A stretch of 64,000 nucleotides of DNA. Source: a virus. Shown in pieces: positions 7,726 through 16,660 of this stretch; positions within the stretch are counted from its first letter, which is position 1, and every line of letters begins with the position of its first letter. The stretch is from IMG/VR virus record IMGVR_UViG_3300028812_000003, positions 12,515-76,514 of that record; one strand, written 5' to 3'. Under the pieces are notes generated by a model, which saw only the letters and a program-made list of their open reading frames with translations, did not search any database and was not told the DNA's origin. A program made the position numbers and the translations under genes.

Positions 7726-8925
7726 ATGACGACGCACGCGCAGGCACCCGAGACGGCCCCGGCCCGCTTCACCACCACCCACCGCGAACTGTCCGACGCG
7801 TTGAAGACCGTGGCGCTCGGGGTCGCCGCCAAGCCGCCCGTCCCCATCCTGGGCGGGGTGATGGCCGAGACGTCCGACGGCGCGCTCACCTTGCGCGCGT
7901 TCGACTACGAGACTTCCGTGTCCGTCCGCGTGGACGGCGGGACGGGAGGCGACGGGGCCAGCCTGTTCAACTTCTACGACGCGAAGGACGTCCTGGCCGC
8001 CGCTGTCGCCGGCGAGAAGACGGCCGTGGCCGCCCGCACGCGAGTCACCGTGGACGACGGGACGCTGTCCACGCCGGACCTGGCGGTGCCGCTCAACACG
8101 CTGCCGCTGGAGGAATACCCGGCCTTCCCGCCGGACGCCCCGGGGCAGGTGACCGTGAACGGCGCGGAGTGGTTCGCGCGGGTGGCCCGTGTGCTGCCCG
8201 CCGCCGCCGGCCGGGACGACATGCTGCCGGCGCTGACGTACGTGCACCTGCGCATCGCCGGCGGAGTGCTGCGCCTGACCGCCACCGACCGTTACCGCGT
8301 CACCGTGGGCGAGGTGGAGGCGATAGACGGAGGCCGGGCGGAGACTGCCGCACTGGTGCCCGCGTGGCTGCTGGAAAAGATGTCCAGGCTGCTGGGCAGG
8401 CACACCGGCCCGGTCACCGTCGGGGTGATGGACGACTGGGTGACGTTCACCGTCGGAGCGGTGACGGTGACGGTGCGTTGCCCGGTCGCGGCGGGGGACT
8501 TCCCGGACCTGTGGGGCATGCTCCCGTCGGGGGCGTTGCCGCTGGCCGTGCGGGTGGACCGTGAGGCCCTGACGCGGGCGGTCCGCAAGGCTCACGCCCT
8601 GTCCAAGGCCAAGGGTCTCAAGGCGCCGCACGTGCTGCTGGAGTTCGCCCCGGCTGGCGTGACCGTCTCGCCGGGCCTGGACGACGGGGTGCAGGACCGG
8701 GTGCGCGGGGTCGCCGTGGGCGGCGAGGCGCTGGCCGGCGGGAGCCTGGACGCCCCGATGGTGGTGAACGGGGCGTACCTGCTGGACGCCCTCGGGACGT
8801 TCAACGGTCCGGCGGTGGTCGTCCACGCGCGGACCTCGCTCAAGCCGTTCGTCCTCACCGACGGCGAGGCCGTCACCGGCGAGGGCTTCGTGCACATGCT
8901 CATGCCGGTGCGGCTCAAGCGCTGA
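7726..8925 (+). CDS. dnaN: DNA polymerase III beta sliding clamp homolog
   Basis: PILGGV, LRAFDYETSV, EYPAFP, ATDRYRV, GDFPD, NGAYLLDAL, C-terminal LMPVRL; 399 aa. Confidence 0.9.
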   Translation: MTTHAQAPETAPARFTTTHRELSDALKTVALGVAAKPPVPILGGVMAETSDGALTLRAFDYETSVSVRVDGGTGGDGASLFNFYDAKDVLAAAVAGEKTAVAARTRVTVDDGTLSTPDLAVPLNTLPLEEYPAFPPDAPGQVTVNGAEWFARVARVLPAAAGRDDMLPALTYVHLRIAGGVLRLTATDRYRVTVGEVEAIDGGRAETAALVPAWLLEKMSRLLGRHTGPVTVGVMDDWVTFTVGAVTVTVRCPVAAGDFPDLWGMLPSGALPLAVRVDREALTRAVRKAHALSKAKGLKAPHVLLEFAPAGVTVSPGLDDGVQDRVRGVAVGGEALAGGSLDAPMVVNGAYLLDALGTFNGPAVVVHARTSLKPFVLTDGEAVTGEGFVHMLMPVRLKR

Positions 8926-8968
8926 CCGCACCGTACTCAACTGACCGAACCAGAACCGAGGAGACGAC

Positions 8969-9295
8969 GTGAGCAACGTAACCGAGGCCGTGGGCCGGCT
9001 GATCGCCGACTGGCAGGATGCCCGCGCGGCGCTGGCCGAGCTGGAGCGCGCCGAGCACCCGGACATCACCGACAGCCACGGCCGGGTGTGGACGTGGCGC
9101 GGGCGGGGCGACCTGTACCGGCACTGCGGCATCGCCGCGCCCGCCGACATGATCAACAACTTCGGGCTTCCGTCGCAGCGGTCACTCGACAATCCGAACT
9201 CCGACCCGTGCGGCATCTGCCTGGACGGCCGTGAGCGTCGCGCGCCCAAGTGCCGCCCGGAGTGGAACTGCTCGCACAAGTGGTGCCAGAGCTGA
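8969..9295 (+). CDS. Cys-rich hypothetical protein
   Basis: 108-aa ORF, GAGGAG RBS. Confidence 0.7.
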   Translation: MSNVTEAVGRLIADWQDARAALAELERAEHPDITDSHGRVWTWRGRGDLYRHCGIAAPADMINNFGLPSQRSLDNPNSDPCGICLDGRERRAPKCRPEWNCSHKWCQS

Positions 9296-9314
9296 CCGAA
9301 CCGCCGAGGGCCCC

Positions 9315-9356
9315 GGGGTTGTCGACCTCGGGGCCCTTATGATTTAATCAATTCAT
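9315..9356 (+). promoter_or_regulatory. Conserved promoter/operator copy 4
   Basis: TTGTCG (9319) -18- TTTAAT (9343). Confidence 0.75.
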
Positions 9357-9399
9357 CGGGCCGGACAGCCGGCCCGGCGGACCAAGGAACGAGGACCCG

Positions 9400-9564
9400 A
9401 TGACCGACCCGCGCACCCTGCTGATGCGTCCCGTCGACCAACCGCTGTACGGCGAGGCCGCGAAGGCGGCCGGCCGGCTGCTGCGGCTCCCGGTGGACGA
9501 GCCGCTGTACGGCGAGGCCGCCCGCGTCATCGGCCAGGCACTGACCAAGGAATCGAGGAACTGA
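9400..9564 (+). CDS. 54-aa peptide with internal duplication (LLxxPVDxPLYGEAA x2)
   Basis: Translated by hand; start motif upstream; stop overlaps the next ATG. Confidence 0.7.
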   Translation: MTDPRTLLMRPVDQPLYGEAAKAAGRLLRLPVDEPLYGEAARVIGQALTKESRN

Positions 9565-9770
9565 TGCTGAAGTCGACGAAGCTGGGCGCGGCCATGTTGG
9601 CCGTCGGAACGACGAGCGCCCTGGCGGCGTCCGGCGCGGCCGAGGACCGCGCCGCCGTCCTCGCCGTGACCACGGGCCTGGCGTCCGGCGCCTTCATCGC
9701 GCTGGGTGCCACGACCCTGATCATCGGGTGGACCGCGCGGCGCCCGGCCGCCGAGGCGGACAAGCACTGA
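9564..9770 (+). CDS. Small membrane protein (two hydrophobic segments)
   Basis: 68-aa ORF. Confidence 0.7.
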   Translation: MLKSTKLGAAMLAVGTTSALAASGAAEDRAAVLAVTTGLASGAFIALGATTLIIGWTARRPAAEADKH

Positions 9771-9790
9771 CCGAACGAAGCCGGCGCCCC

Positions 9791-9831
9791 GGGGTTGTCT
9801 TCCCCGGGGCGTTATGGTTTAATTAATTCAT
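9791..9831 (+). promoter_or_regulatory. Conserved promoter/operator copy 5
   Basis: TTGTCT (9795) -17- TTTAAT (9818). Confidence 0.8.
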
Positions 9832-9875
9832 CAGCCGGACACGCCGGCCGAGGACTACGGAAGAAGGAACCGACC

Positions 9876-10160
9876 ATGCAGCTCTCCCGCCAGGACATCG
9901 TCACCGCCGCCGAGAACATCGAGCTGAGCGAGGACGACTACAGCATCCGCGAGTCGTACCCGGCCAGCTACGGCGAGACCTGCGCCGGCGTCGTCCTCCC
10001 CAGCACCGGCGAGGTGACCGAGTTCATGGTCTCGCTCGCGCTGCTGCTCGCCGAGGACGGCCGGGGCGAGGACGCGCGGGAGCTGGCCCGCAAGACGCGC
10101 ACCGACTCGATGGGGTTCAGCACCATCGCCTACTGGGACGGCGTCGAGATCACCGACTGA
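9876..10160 (+). CDS. Hypothetical protein
   Basis: MQLSRQDIV..., 94 aa, GGAACCGACC-ATG. Confidence 0.8.
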   Translation: MQLSRQDIVTAAENIELSEDDYSIRESYPASYGETCAGVVLPSTGEVTEFMVSLALLLAEDGRGEDARELARKTRTDSMGFSTIAYWDGVEITD

Positions 10161-10187
10161 CCGCCCGGGGCCGTTAGGCCCCAACCC

Positions 10188-10258
10188 GCTCCCGTGGGAT
10201 AACGGATGTCCGCCGGGCCCTCAACCCGGAAGTGCCGGATCGTGACCGGCCGGGAGCA
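10188..10258 (+). tRNA. Atypical tRNA-Glu(CTC)-like gene
   Basis: Acceptor GCTCCCG/CGGGAGC; D-arm GGAT/GTCC; anticodon arm CCGGG-CCCTCAA-CCCGG; T-arm GCCGG-ATCGTGA-CCGGC; no encoded CCA. Confidence 0.75.
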
Positions 10259-10292
10259 CTCCCCGCACCCCCGACCAAGGAAAGCAGGACTC

Positions 10293-10736
10293 ATGGACGC
10301 ACTCACGATCCCGGGGACGGTCCTGGGCGCCGCGCTGAGGTTCACGCCTCCCGAGGACGGCAAGCCGGCCATGACCGTGGAAGGGCTGTTCGCCGGGCAG
10401 TACACCACCGTGCTGCTGTCGGCCGACTGGCTGCTCCCGCTCGCGGCGTGGTTCGCCGGCGAGGCGCAGCCGGCCGCCCTCGGGGACCGGCCAGGCACGC
10501 TGTACGGGGCCAGCCTCGCCGTCCACGGCGACGAGACGGCCACCGTCTGGAACACGTACACCTGGGCTCGGCTGGAATGCCTCACGCCGTACGGCGACGC
10601 CCGGGTGGCCATCGGCCCGCGCGGCAAGGAGTACGGGACGTCCGTGCTGCTCCCGCCCGAGGGCCGCCAGTCGGCGGCGGCCTGGCTGCGCCGGACGGAC
10701 GCCGAGGACTGGACGCCGCGCACCGCGACGGCCTGA
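10293..10736 (+). CDS. Hypothetical protein
   Basis: MDALTIPG..., 147 aa, CCGACCAAGGAA upstream. Confidence 0.75.
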   Translation: MDALTIPGTVLGAALRFTPPEDGKPAMTVEGLFAGQYTTVLLSADWLLPLAAWFAGEAQPAALGDRPGTLYGASLAVHGDETATVWNTYTWARLECLTPYGDARVAIGPRGKEYGTSVLLPPEGRQSAAAWLRRTDAEDWTPRTATA

Positions 10737-10895
10737 CCGGCCCGTTCGGCGATACGCACCACCGCCGGCACACTCCGAGCCGGTACGCCGTGGCCCCTCC
10801 CCCACCGGGCCCGGCGTCACAGCGCCCCGTCCGCACCCCACTGGACGGGGCGCTCGCACCACCGCATCACCTGACCAAGGAACAGGGGGCCCGCC

Positions 10896-11894
10896 ATGGG
10901 CATCATCACCATCACGCACACCCGCGCCGACGGCACGCTGCTGGAAGGTTCCCGCAAGGGCGACGGCGTCCTGGAAGCCGTCCGGCCGCACGGCTTCCGC
11001 TGGTTCCCCTCGCTGGGCTGCCTCGGCATCCAGCGCTCCCGGGACCGGGCCGCGCAGATGTGGCGCATCAACGGCGCGAAGGACGCCCTGGAGGCCGCCG
11101 GGTGGACCGTGGACGTCGTCACCGACGAGGACACCGCGCGGCCGTTCGCCGAGGCGGAGGCCGACCGCGAGCAGCGCGCCGAGGACCGGGCGGAACGGCT
11201 CACCGGCGCGGCCGGCCGGGCGCAGGCCGCGTCCGAGGCGGGGTACCGCCGGGCGCGCGAGATAGCCGAGCACATCCCTCCGGGCCAGCCGGTTCTGCGG
11301 GGCCATCACTCGGAGGGCCGTCACCGCCGGGACCTCGCGCGCATGGACGCCGGGGAGCGGAAGTTCATCGGCGAGGGCCAGCGGGCGGAGCGGCTGGCCG
11401 AGCGGGCCGGGACGGCCGCCGGGTACAGCGAGCGGCGCAACGACCCGGCGCGCACCCTGCGGCGCATCGAGAAGCTTCAGGCGGACCGGCGCCGGGTGGA
11501 GCGGTCGCTGTCCCGGTGCACCCCGGGCTCCGACTACGCCGGCGAGCTGCGCCGTCAGCTCGCGGAGCTGGACGACCAGCTCGACCACTGGCGGGTCGTC
11601 GTCCGGCGGGCCGAGGCCGAGGGGTTCAAGGTCTGGTCCCGGGCCGACTTCACGCGCGGCGACTTCGTGCGGTACCGGGGGACCTGGTACGAGGTGCTGC
11701 GGGTCAACCCCAAGTCGCTGACCATCCCGCACATCCACATCGGCGTCGGGCGGGACGTGGTGCGCAAGGGGGACGGCGGCCGGCTGAGCGACTGGACGTG
11801 GACTGCCCGCTACGACGACGGGATCACCGGGCGCAGGGGCGCCGAGGAGATGGCCGCGCACGAGGAGCGGGAGCGGGGCGACCGCCCCGTTTGA
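10896..11894 (+). CDS. DUF3560 domain protein
   Basis: IPPGQPVLRGHHSEGRHRRDL signature. Confidence 0.8.
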   Translation: MGIITITHTRADGTLLEGSRKGDGVLEAVRPHGFRWFPSLGCLGIQRSRDRAAQMWRINGAKDALEAAGWTVDVVTDEDTARPFAEAEADREQRAEDRAERLTGAAGRAQAASEAGYRRAREIAEHIPPGQPVLRGHHSEGRHRRDLARMDAGERKFIGEGQRAERLAERAGTAAGYSERRNDPARTLRRIEKLQADRRRVERSLSRCTPGSDYAGELRRQLAELDDQLDHWRVVVRRAEAEGFKVWSRADFTRGDFVRYRGTWYEVLRVNPKSLTIPHIHIGVGRDVVRKGDGGRLSDWTWTARYDDGITGRRGAEEMAAHEERERGDRPV

Positions 11895-12194
11895 TCCTTT
11901 GGCCAGAACTCGACGGTCGGTGACAATCTGTTGACAGCCCCGTTCCTGACACCCGGGCGGGGCTGTCGCGCGTCCGCCCCAACTCCTGTTGACAATAAGT
12001 CAGTTGACCTCGCGGTACGTGCTCCCGGTGAACGATTCGTGAAGTCCTCCGCCCCTGAGCTGCGATGACTCACAATCGGAGACGCGTCTCTCACTTAGTG
12101 TGAGGGGCACATTTATCTACGTGTGTGCCGTTCCAAACCCGCGTGCACACCGCAATAGTTCAGTCTGAAAGTGTCACTGCGTCCGAGGAGTCAG

Positions 12195-12599
12195 ATGGTG
12201 ATACCGGTAACTGTCGGCGGGTACGCCGCGTCGGAGGTGCGCTGGCAGGACGACGCCCTGTGCAACGGGGCGCCGCTGGAGACGTTCGTCCCCGACAAGG
12301 AAGACGAGGCCGGTCTGGAGGCCGCGCAGACCTACTGCAACCCCTGTCCCGTCCGGGCGACTTGCCTGCGCTACGCCTTGACGTATGGTCAGCGTGGGTA
12401 CTGGGGTGGTACGGACACGGCGGAGCGCAGGCGCCTGAAGGCGAAGAAGAACCGGGCCAAGTGCCCGTCGTGCGAGTCCCGGAGGGTGGTCGACATGGAG
12501 GAGAGCATGGACGCCCTCTGCCTGGCCTGCGGCGTCTCCTGGCTGACCGAGGCCGCCGCCCAGCCCCGCACCCGGACCACGGTCCGGCCGGTGGCCTGA
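12195..12599 (+). CDS. whiB: WhiB-family Fe-S transcription factor with C-terminal zinc ribbon
   Basis: W..ALC...CNPCPVRATC...GYWGG; extra CPSC/CLAC; GAGGAG RBS before ATG 12195. Confidence 0.9.
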   Translation: MVIPVTVGGYAASEVRWQDDALCNGAPLETFVPDKEDEAGLEAAQTYCNPCPVRATCLRYALTYGQRGYWGGTDTAERRRLKAKKNRAKCPSCESRRVVDMEESMDALCLACGVSWLTEAAAQPRTRTTVRPVA

Positions 12600-12633
12600 A
12601 GGCCCTCCCCGCTGACATCGGGGAGGGCCTTCA
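12597..12633. terminator. Bidirectional terminator
   Basis: TGAAGGCCCTCCCC/GGGGAGGGCCTTCA 14-bp stem between convergent genes. Confidence 0.8.
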
Positions 12634-12721
12634 GTAGGGACAACGTAGTGGCCGGGCGTCCCGCTCAGTGAGGGGGCGCCCGGCCTAGTTGAAGTAAATT
12701 TGCCCCCGGGACAAGATTTCC

Positions 12722-13810
12722 TTACGCCGCGTGCACGCCGCGCGCATCCTGCACGTCACGCGCCCGCGCCCACGCCTCGGCCCACCGCCACGCGTTCGCC
12801 GACAGCCGCAGGCCCTCGGCCACCTCCCGGCCGGCCTCCGCCCGCTCCGCCCGCAGGGCCGCCGAGCCGGTCAGCCGCCGCAGCTCCCGGTACCACCGGC
12901 GCGGCGTGTCGGCGAGGACCCCGGCGCCCCGTGCGTGCAGCCGCACGTACTCCGCACGGGGCGAGGCCACCCACGGTATGCCGAGGGCCGACAGCTCCAG
13001 CGGCTTGAGCCACGACTTGGCCCGGTTGAACGCGGTGTCCGCCAGCGGGGCGATGCCGACCCCGACGTCCCCCGCCACGGCGGCCGGCCAGCCGTGCACA
13101 TCCACACCGGTGCGCCCCTGCGGGTCGTGGAACAGGCCGAACGCCACGCCCACCCCGGTCGGGTCGCCGACGACGCGGAAGTCCCCGCCCTCGGAGACGA
13201 GACGCGCGACGGCGCCGCCGAGGACGGCCGGGTCGTCCGGGTGGGAGGCGAGCGCGGCGGGCCAGCCGATGGTGTCGCGATCGACGCGGGGCACGCCGTA
13301 GTAGCTGTCCGGCAGGTGGTTGTGGATCACATGCCCCCGGCCGTGCCGGGCGTAGCGCTCCAGCAGCGCCGGGGTGGACACGGTGACCAGCGTGGCATCA
13401 CGGCACGCGGCGGCAAGGTGCTGCCACGAGTGCCGCCGGACCTGCCGCGTGCGCGGGTCGACCCTCCCCGCGAAGCGGGGATGCATCGACTCGTACGCCG
13501 GGTTACGCGGGTGGACGGCTGCCAGGTCGTCGTCCACGTCCACCACCACGGCGATGCCCTTGGCGCGCAGCAGCGGCACCGCCTCCGCCATCCACTGGTG
13601 GGTGAGGCGCTGGAAGACGAGGACGTCCACGCCATCCACGTCCAGCACGTCTTCCACCCGGTCATCCGCGCCGATCTTCAGCTTCAGCCCACGGTCGGCG
13701 GGCGGGCGGATCTCCACGTCGTGGCCGGCCGCCCGCAGCAGCTCCGCCGGCCAGATGAGCCGGAAGTGCCCGCACCCGCCCGTGTCCGCCGGATAGACGA
13801 CGACTCGCAT
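12722..13810 (-). CDS. Glycosyltransferase (GT-B/GT4-like)
   Basis: GCGHFRL, VDVDDDL, VTVSTPAL, GIAPLADTAFNRAKSWLKPLE...GIPWVASP. Confidence 0.85.
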   Translation of the reverse strand: MRVVVYPADTGGCGHFRLIWPAELLRAAGHDVEIRPPADRGLKLKIGADDRVEDVLDVDGVDVLVFQRLTHQWMAEAVPLLRAKGIAVVVDVDDDLAAVHPRNPAYESMHPRFAGRVDPRTRQVRRHSWQHLAAACRDATLVTVSTPALLERYARHGRGHVIHNHLPDSYYGVPRVDRDTIGWPAALASHPDDPAVLGGAVARLVSEGGDFRVVGDPTGVGVAFGLFHDPQGRTGVDVHGWPAAVAGDVGVGIAPLADTAFNRAKSWLKPLELSALGIPWVASPRAEYVRLHARGAGVLADTPRRWYRELRRLTGSAALRAERAEAGREVAEGLRLSANAWRWAEAWARARDVQDARGVHAA

Positions 13811-13843
13811 TCCTCGGTCTCCGTTCCCTGGTCCACTGCCCGG

Positions 13844-14059
13844 CTACTGTCCGGTCCCGGCCTGTTCCCCCGCAGACCCCTTCACCCGCGCCGTACGACC
13901 CGCAGACGGCCGTTTGGGCTCCGGGGCGGACGTCCGGCCGCCGCCGTCCTCCACGGTCCGCAGACGGGCCTCTACGGCCGCCAGGCGCTCCTCCAGCGGC
14001 GCCGTGGCGCGGGCCACCGCCTCGTCGATGGACGCGCGCACGCGTGCTTCCTGGGACAT
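13844..14059 (-). CDS. Small coiled-coil protein
   Basis: MSQEARVRASIDEAV..., follows the endolysin. Confidence 0.6.
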   Translation of the reverse strand: MSQEARVRASIDEAVARATAPLEERLAAVEARLRTVEDGGGRTSAPEPKRPSAGRTARVKGSAGEQAGTGQ

Positions 14060-14072
14060 GGCCCGCCCGCCT

Positions 14073-15062
14073 TCAGCTCGCGCCGGTCTCAAGCCGGATG
14101 TCTATGGACTCGATGGCCGCCTGAATCCGGGCGACCAGCGCGTCCTCGTCGATGTCCTGCCGGTTGGCGGCGAGGGCGGCGACCGTCTTGGTCAGCTCCG
14201 CGATGGTCGCGGACTGCGCGGCGAGACGGCTGTCCATCGACCGCACCCGGTTGCCGATGTCCTTGAGGTAGCTCGCCGGCTGCCAGGTCGGGTTCGTCTT
14301 GCGGTCGGCGGCGCTGGTGGGCGCGGTGATCGCGTCCGTCTCCCACACCGCCTTGTAGATGTCCTGCTTGGTCATCCCTGCCATGGGGTCCTCTTCCTCT
14401 CCGGGGCTCCAGTCGGGCCCGTGCTTCAGCCGCTCGTCGACGTCCCGGCGGAACTGGTCCGGGGTGAAGGTGAACCGGCCGCGCGTGCCGTACCCCTCGA
14501 CCGGCCCCTTCGGGTCGATCTTCCCCTCCACGCTCGTCTCCTTGTGGCATCCGACAGACTCGGCCGTCCAGCCGTGGTGGCGGCACACGGCCGCGTCGAG
14601 CCGCACCCACGCGTCGTACTGGGCGCGCGGGTAGACGTCCGTGCCGTCGCCCAGGTTCTCCGTCTCCACGCCGTAGCTGACGTCGTTGCCGTCGATGGTG
14701 CCCGACGCGCGGGACGGCGCGGGGTGCGCCGACAGCTCGTCGCGGAAGGACTGGTAGGCGTTGACGGCCATCGGCCCGGCGTGGTTGGCGCGGCCCGCGC
14801 TGCACATCGTGGCCGTGCCGTCCTTGGCGAGGTGGATGTGTGCGAGCGGGGCGGGCAGGCCGGGGACGCCTGTCTTGGCGACGATGTCCCGGGAGTTCCG
14901 GCCGGCCGTGTGGTGGTTGAGGATCATCCGCACCGGGCCGAAGGTGAGGCCCGTGGCGGAGTCGCGCGAGCGGGTGCGCCAGCCCGGGTACTCGGAGACC
15001 TTCACGCCTTCGGCGCGCAGGATGCGCAGCCACTGGTCTGCGGTCAGCGGGGTCGTCGACAT
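14073..15062 (-). CDS. Endolysin, N-acetylmuramoyl-L-alanine amidase
   Basis: NHHTAG, ANHAG, GVETEN, CHKE, KIDP amidase_2 motifs. Confidence 0.9.
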   Translation of the reverse strand: MSTTPLTADQWLRILRAEGVKVSEYPGWRTRSRDSATGLTFGPVRMILNHHTAGRNSRDIVAKTGVPGLPAPLAHIHLAKDGTATMCSAGRANHAGPMAVNAYQSFRDELSAHPAPSRASGTIDGNDVSYGVETENLGDGTDVYPRAQYDAWVRLDAAVCRHHGWTAESVGCHKETSVEGKIDPKGPVEGYGTRGRFTFTPDQFRRDVDERLKHGPDWSPGEEEDPMAGMTKQDIYKAVWETDAITAPTSAADRKTNPTWQPASYLKDIGNRVRSMDSRLAAQSATIAELTKTVAALAANRQDIDEDALVARIQAAIESIDIRLETGAS

Positions 15063-15352
15063 CACACACGCTCCGGCCAGTGCCAGGTGCCGCCCGCCAT
15101 GTGCTCGCGGTCGACGTGCGAGACCCCTTGATTGAAGAATTGTCCGGTCGGGTTGAACACGGCCAGCGAAACGATCCCTCCGCCGGCCTCCCCGGCAGGG
15201 TCTTCCACCTCCGTGATGATGGCCGCGCGGCACTGCGCGGTGTATGCCTGGCTGCCGTCCTCGCGGACCGGCGTGCCGTGGCTGACGTAGTGGACGATCC
15301 GCCCGACGGAGGGAAGTTGCGGACGGAACGTGTCAGGTGCCGGTTGTGTCAC
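15062..15352 (-). CDS. Phage hypothetical protein
   Basis: PSVGRIVHYV...AAIITEV...GTWHWPERV pattern. Confidence 0.7.
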   Translation of the reverse strand: MTQPAPDTFRPQLPSVGRIVHYVSHGTPVREDGSQAYTAQCRAAIITEVEDPAGEAGGGIVSLAVFNPTGQFFNQGVSHVDREHMAGGTWHWPERV

Positions 15353-15650
15353 GGCGCGCTCCCTTGATCTGCGTACGGCCGACAAGCCATGCCTGGTAGA
15401 GCATCAGCGCCCCAAACAGGGCGGCGAGGACCCCGCGCACGGTGCGCAGCACCTCGATGTCCGCCCGGAGCAGGGTGACGCAGATGGAGATGGCCATGAA
15501 CGCGGAGATGGCCAGAGCCTTGATGACGAGCAGCCGGCCGACGGAGTCACGCCACCAGCGCGCCAGCAGGGAGTAGACGGCGACGAAGGTGAGGCTTCCC
15601 GACAGGGCGAGGATGCTGCCCCACAGGTTCACCGTCTCCCCTGTCGTCAT
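15333..15650 (-). CDS. Putative holin / three-TM membrane protein
   Basis: Three hydrophobic segments, located in the lysis region. Confidence 0.65.
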   Translation of the reverse strand: MTTGETVNLWGSILALSGSLTFVAVYSLLARWWRDSVGRLLVIKALAISAFMAISICVTLLRADIEVLRTVRGVLAALFGALMLYQAWLVGRTQIKGARRDTTGT

Positions 15651-15886
15651 TGGAACTTGCCCCCAAGTGCGTCCTTGATCAGCGGGGCGAAGTGGTTGCG
15701 TTCACCCAGCCGCCGCAGGGTACGCGAAATCTCCGAAATCACCGCCGTGCGCTCCCGGGCGCGGGCGAGGTCGCCTTCCAGGTCGTGCAGCGCTTCCTCC
15801 GCCGCGCGGACGTCCTCGGCCGCCCGCTCGTCTTCGGCCCTACTCGCCTTGTGTCGGCGCCAGCGCACGGCCGCCCCCTCCCTCAC
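15647..15886 (-). CDS. Small hypothetical protein (start uncertain)
   Basis: 79-aa ORF overlapping its neighbours. Confidence 0.55.
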   Translation of the reverse strand: MREGAAVRWRRHKASRAEDERAAEDVRAAEEALHDLEGDLARARERTAVISEISRTLRRLGERNHFAPLIKDALGGKFQ

Positions 15887-16172
15887 GGTTGGCGCGGGCC
15901 GCCTCGGAGACGGCGTCCAGCACGCGCTCGGTGGTCACGGCCGTACCCATCAGCAGGTCCAGTTGGGACTGCTGAAGGTCGATCATCTCCTTGCGGCCGT
16001 CGGCGAGGGAGCGCCAGACGTCGATCTGCCGGTCCTTGTCCTGCACGACGAGGTCCACGGTGGACCGGGGCACCAGCGCCCCGCGCAGCACCATCAGCAC
16101 GACCAGCAGCACGACGCCGCCGGCGCCGAGGGTCGGGGTGAGGAAAGCGGCGAAGCCGTCCACGGGGGTCAC
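15840..16172 (-). CDS. Single-TM membrane protein, lysis cassette
   Basis: N-terminal TM followed by coiled coil. Confidence 0.65.
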   Translation of the reverse strand: MTPVDGFAAFLTPTLGAGGVVLLVVLMVLRGALVPRSTVDLVVQDKDRQIDVWRSLADGRKEMIDLQQSQLDLLMGTAVTTERVLDAVSEAARANREGGGGRALAPTQGE

Positions 16173-16651
16173 AGCCCGGTCAGCCAGGAGAAGTCGGCGG
16201 CCCCGACGGCACCGACGGCCGCCGTCAGGTCGTCGTCCGACAGCACGCCCTTGTCCACGAGAGTCTTGGCCAGCCCGATGAGCATGACGTCCTGACTGAA
16301 CAGCAGTGCGCGCTGGCCTGCGGGGAGCGCCGCGACGTCCACGCTCAGCTTGGCCAGCAGCACGCGGTGGGCCTTCCAGAAGGCGAGCAGGCCCGCCTTG
16401 GTGGCGTCGCCCGAACCGGCCTCGGCGAACACGGCGTGCGCGCCCGCCTCGTCGTCACCGCCGTAGGTCCAGGCGGAGACGAGGCTGAGCCCGGCGCGCG
16501 TGAGCAGACCAGCAGCCTCGGTCTGCGCGCTCTCGCGGTCGGTGGCCGCGAGGGGCCGGGGCGGGGTGCTCTCGCGGCCGGACAGGGTGGCGTACCACGT
16601 ACCGGTGTCGTGGTCGTGGTGGACGCGGACGGGGGTGTAGCCGGCTGGCAT
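16169..16651 (-). CDS. Hypothetical protein
   Basis: 160-aa ORF, GGAG RBS. Confidence 0.65.
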   Translation of the reverse strand: MPAGYTPVRVHHDHDTGTWYATLSGRESTPPRPLAATDRESAQTEAAGLLTRAGLSLVSAWTYGGDDEAGAHAVFAEAGSGDATKAGLLAFWKAHRVLLAKLSVDVAALPAGQRALLFSQDVMLIGLAKTLVDKGVLSDDDLTAAVGAVGAADFSWLTGL

Positions 16652-16660
16652 GGTCGTCTC

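Noticed and set aside
10293-10736. SsgA-like protein
   Set aside because: Only a weak C-terminal resemblance (AAWLRRTD); the rest of the SsgA pattern is not recognisable.
972-11000. CRISPR array or integron-like attC cassette array formed by the recurring motifs
   Set aside because: The repeats are short, degenerate and separated by whole genes, and no cas genes are present. They fit promoter, RBS and terminator roles.
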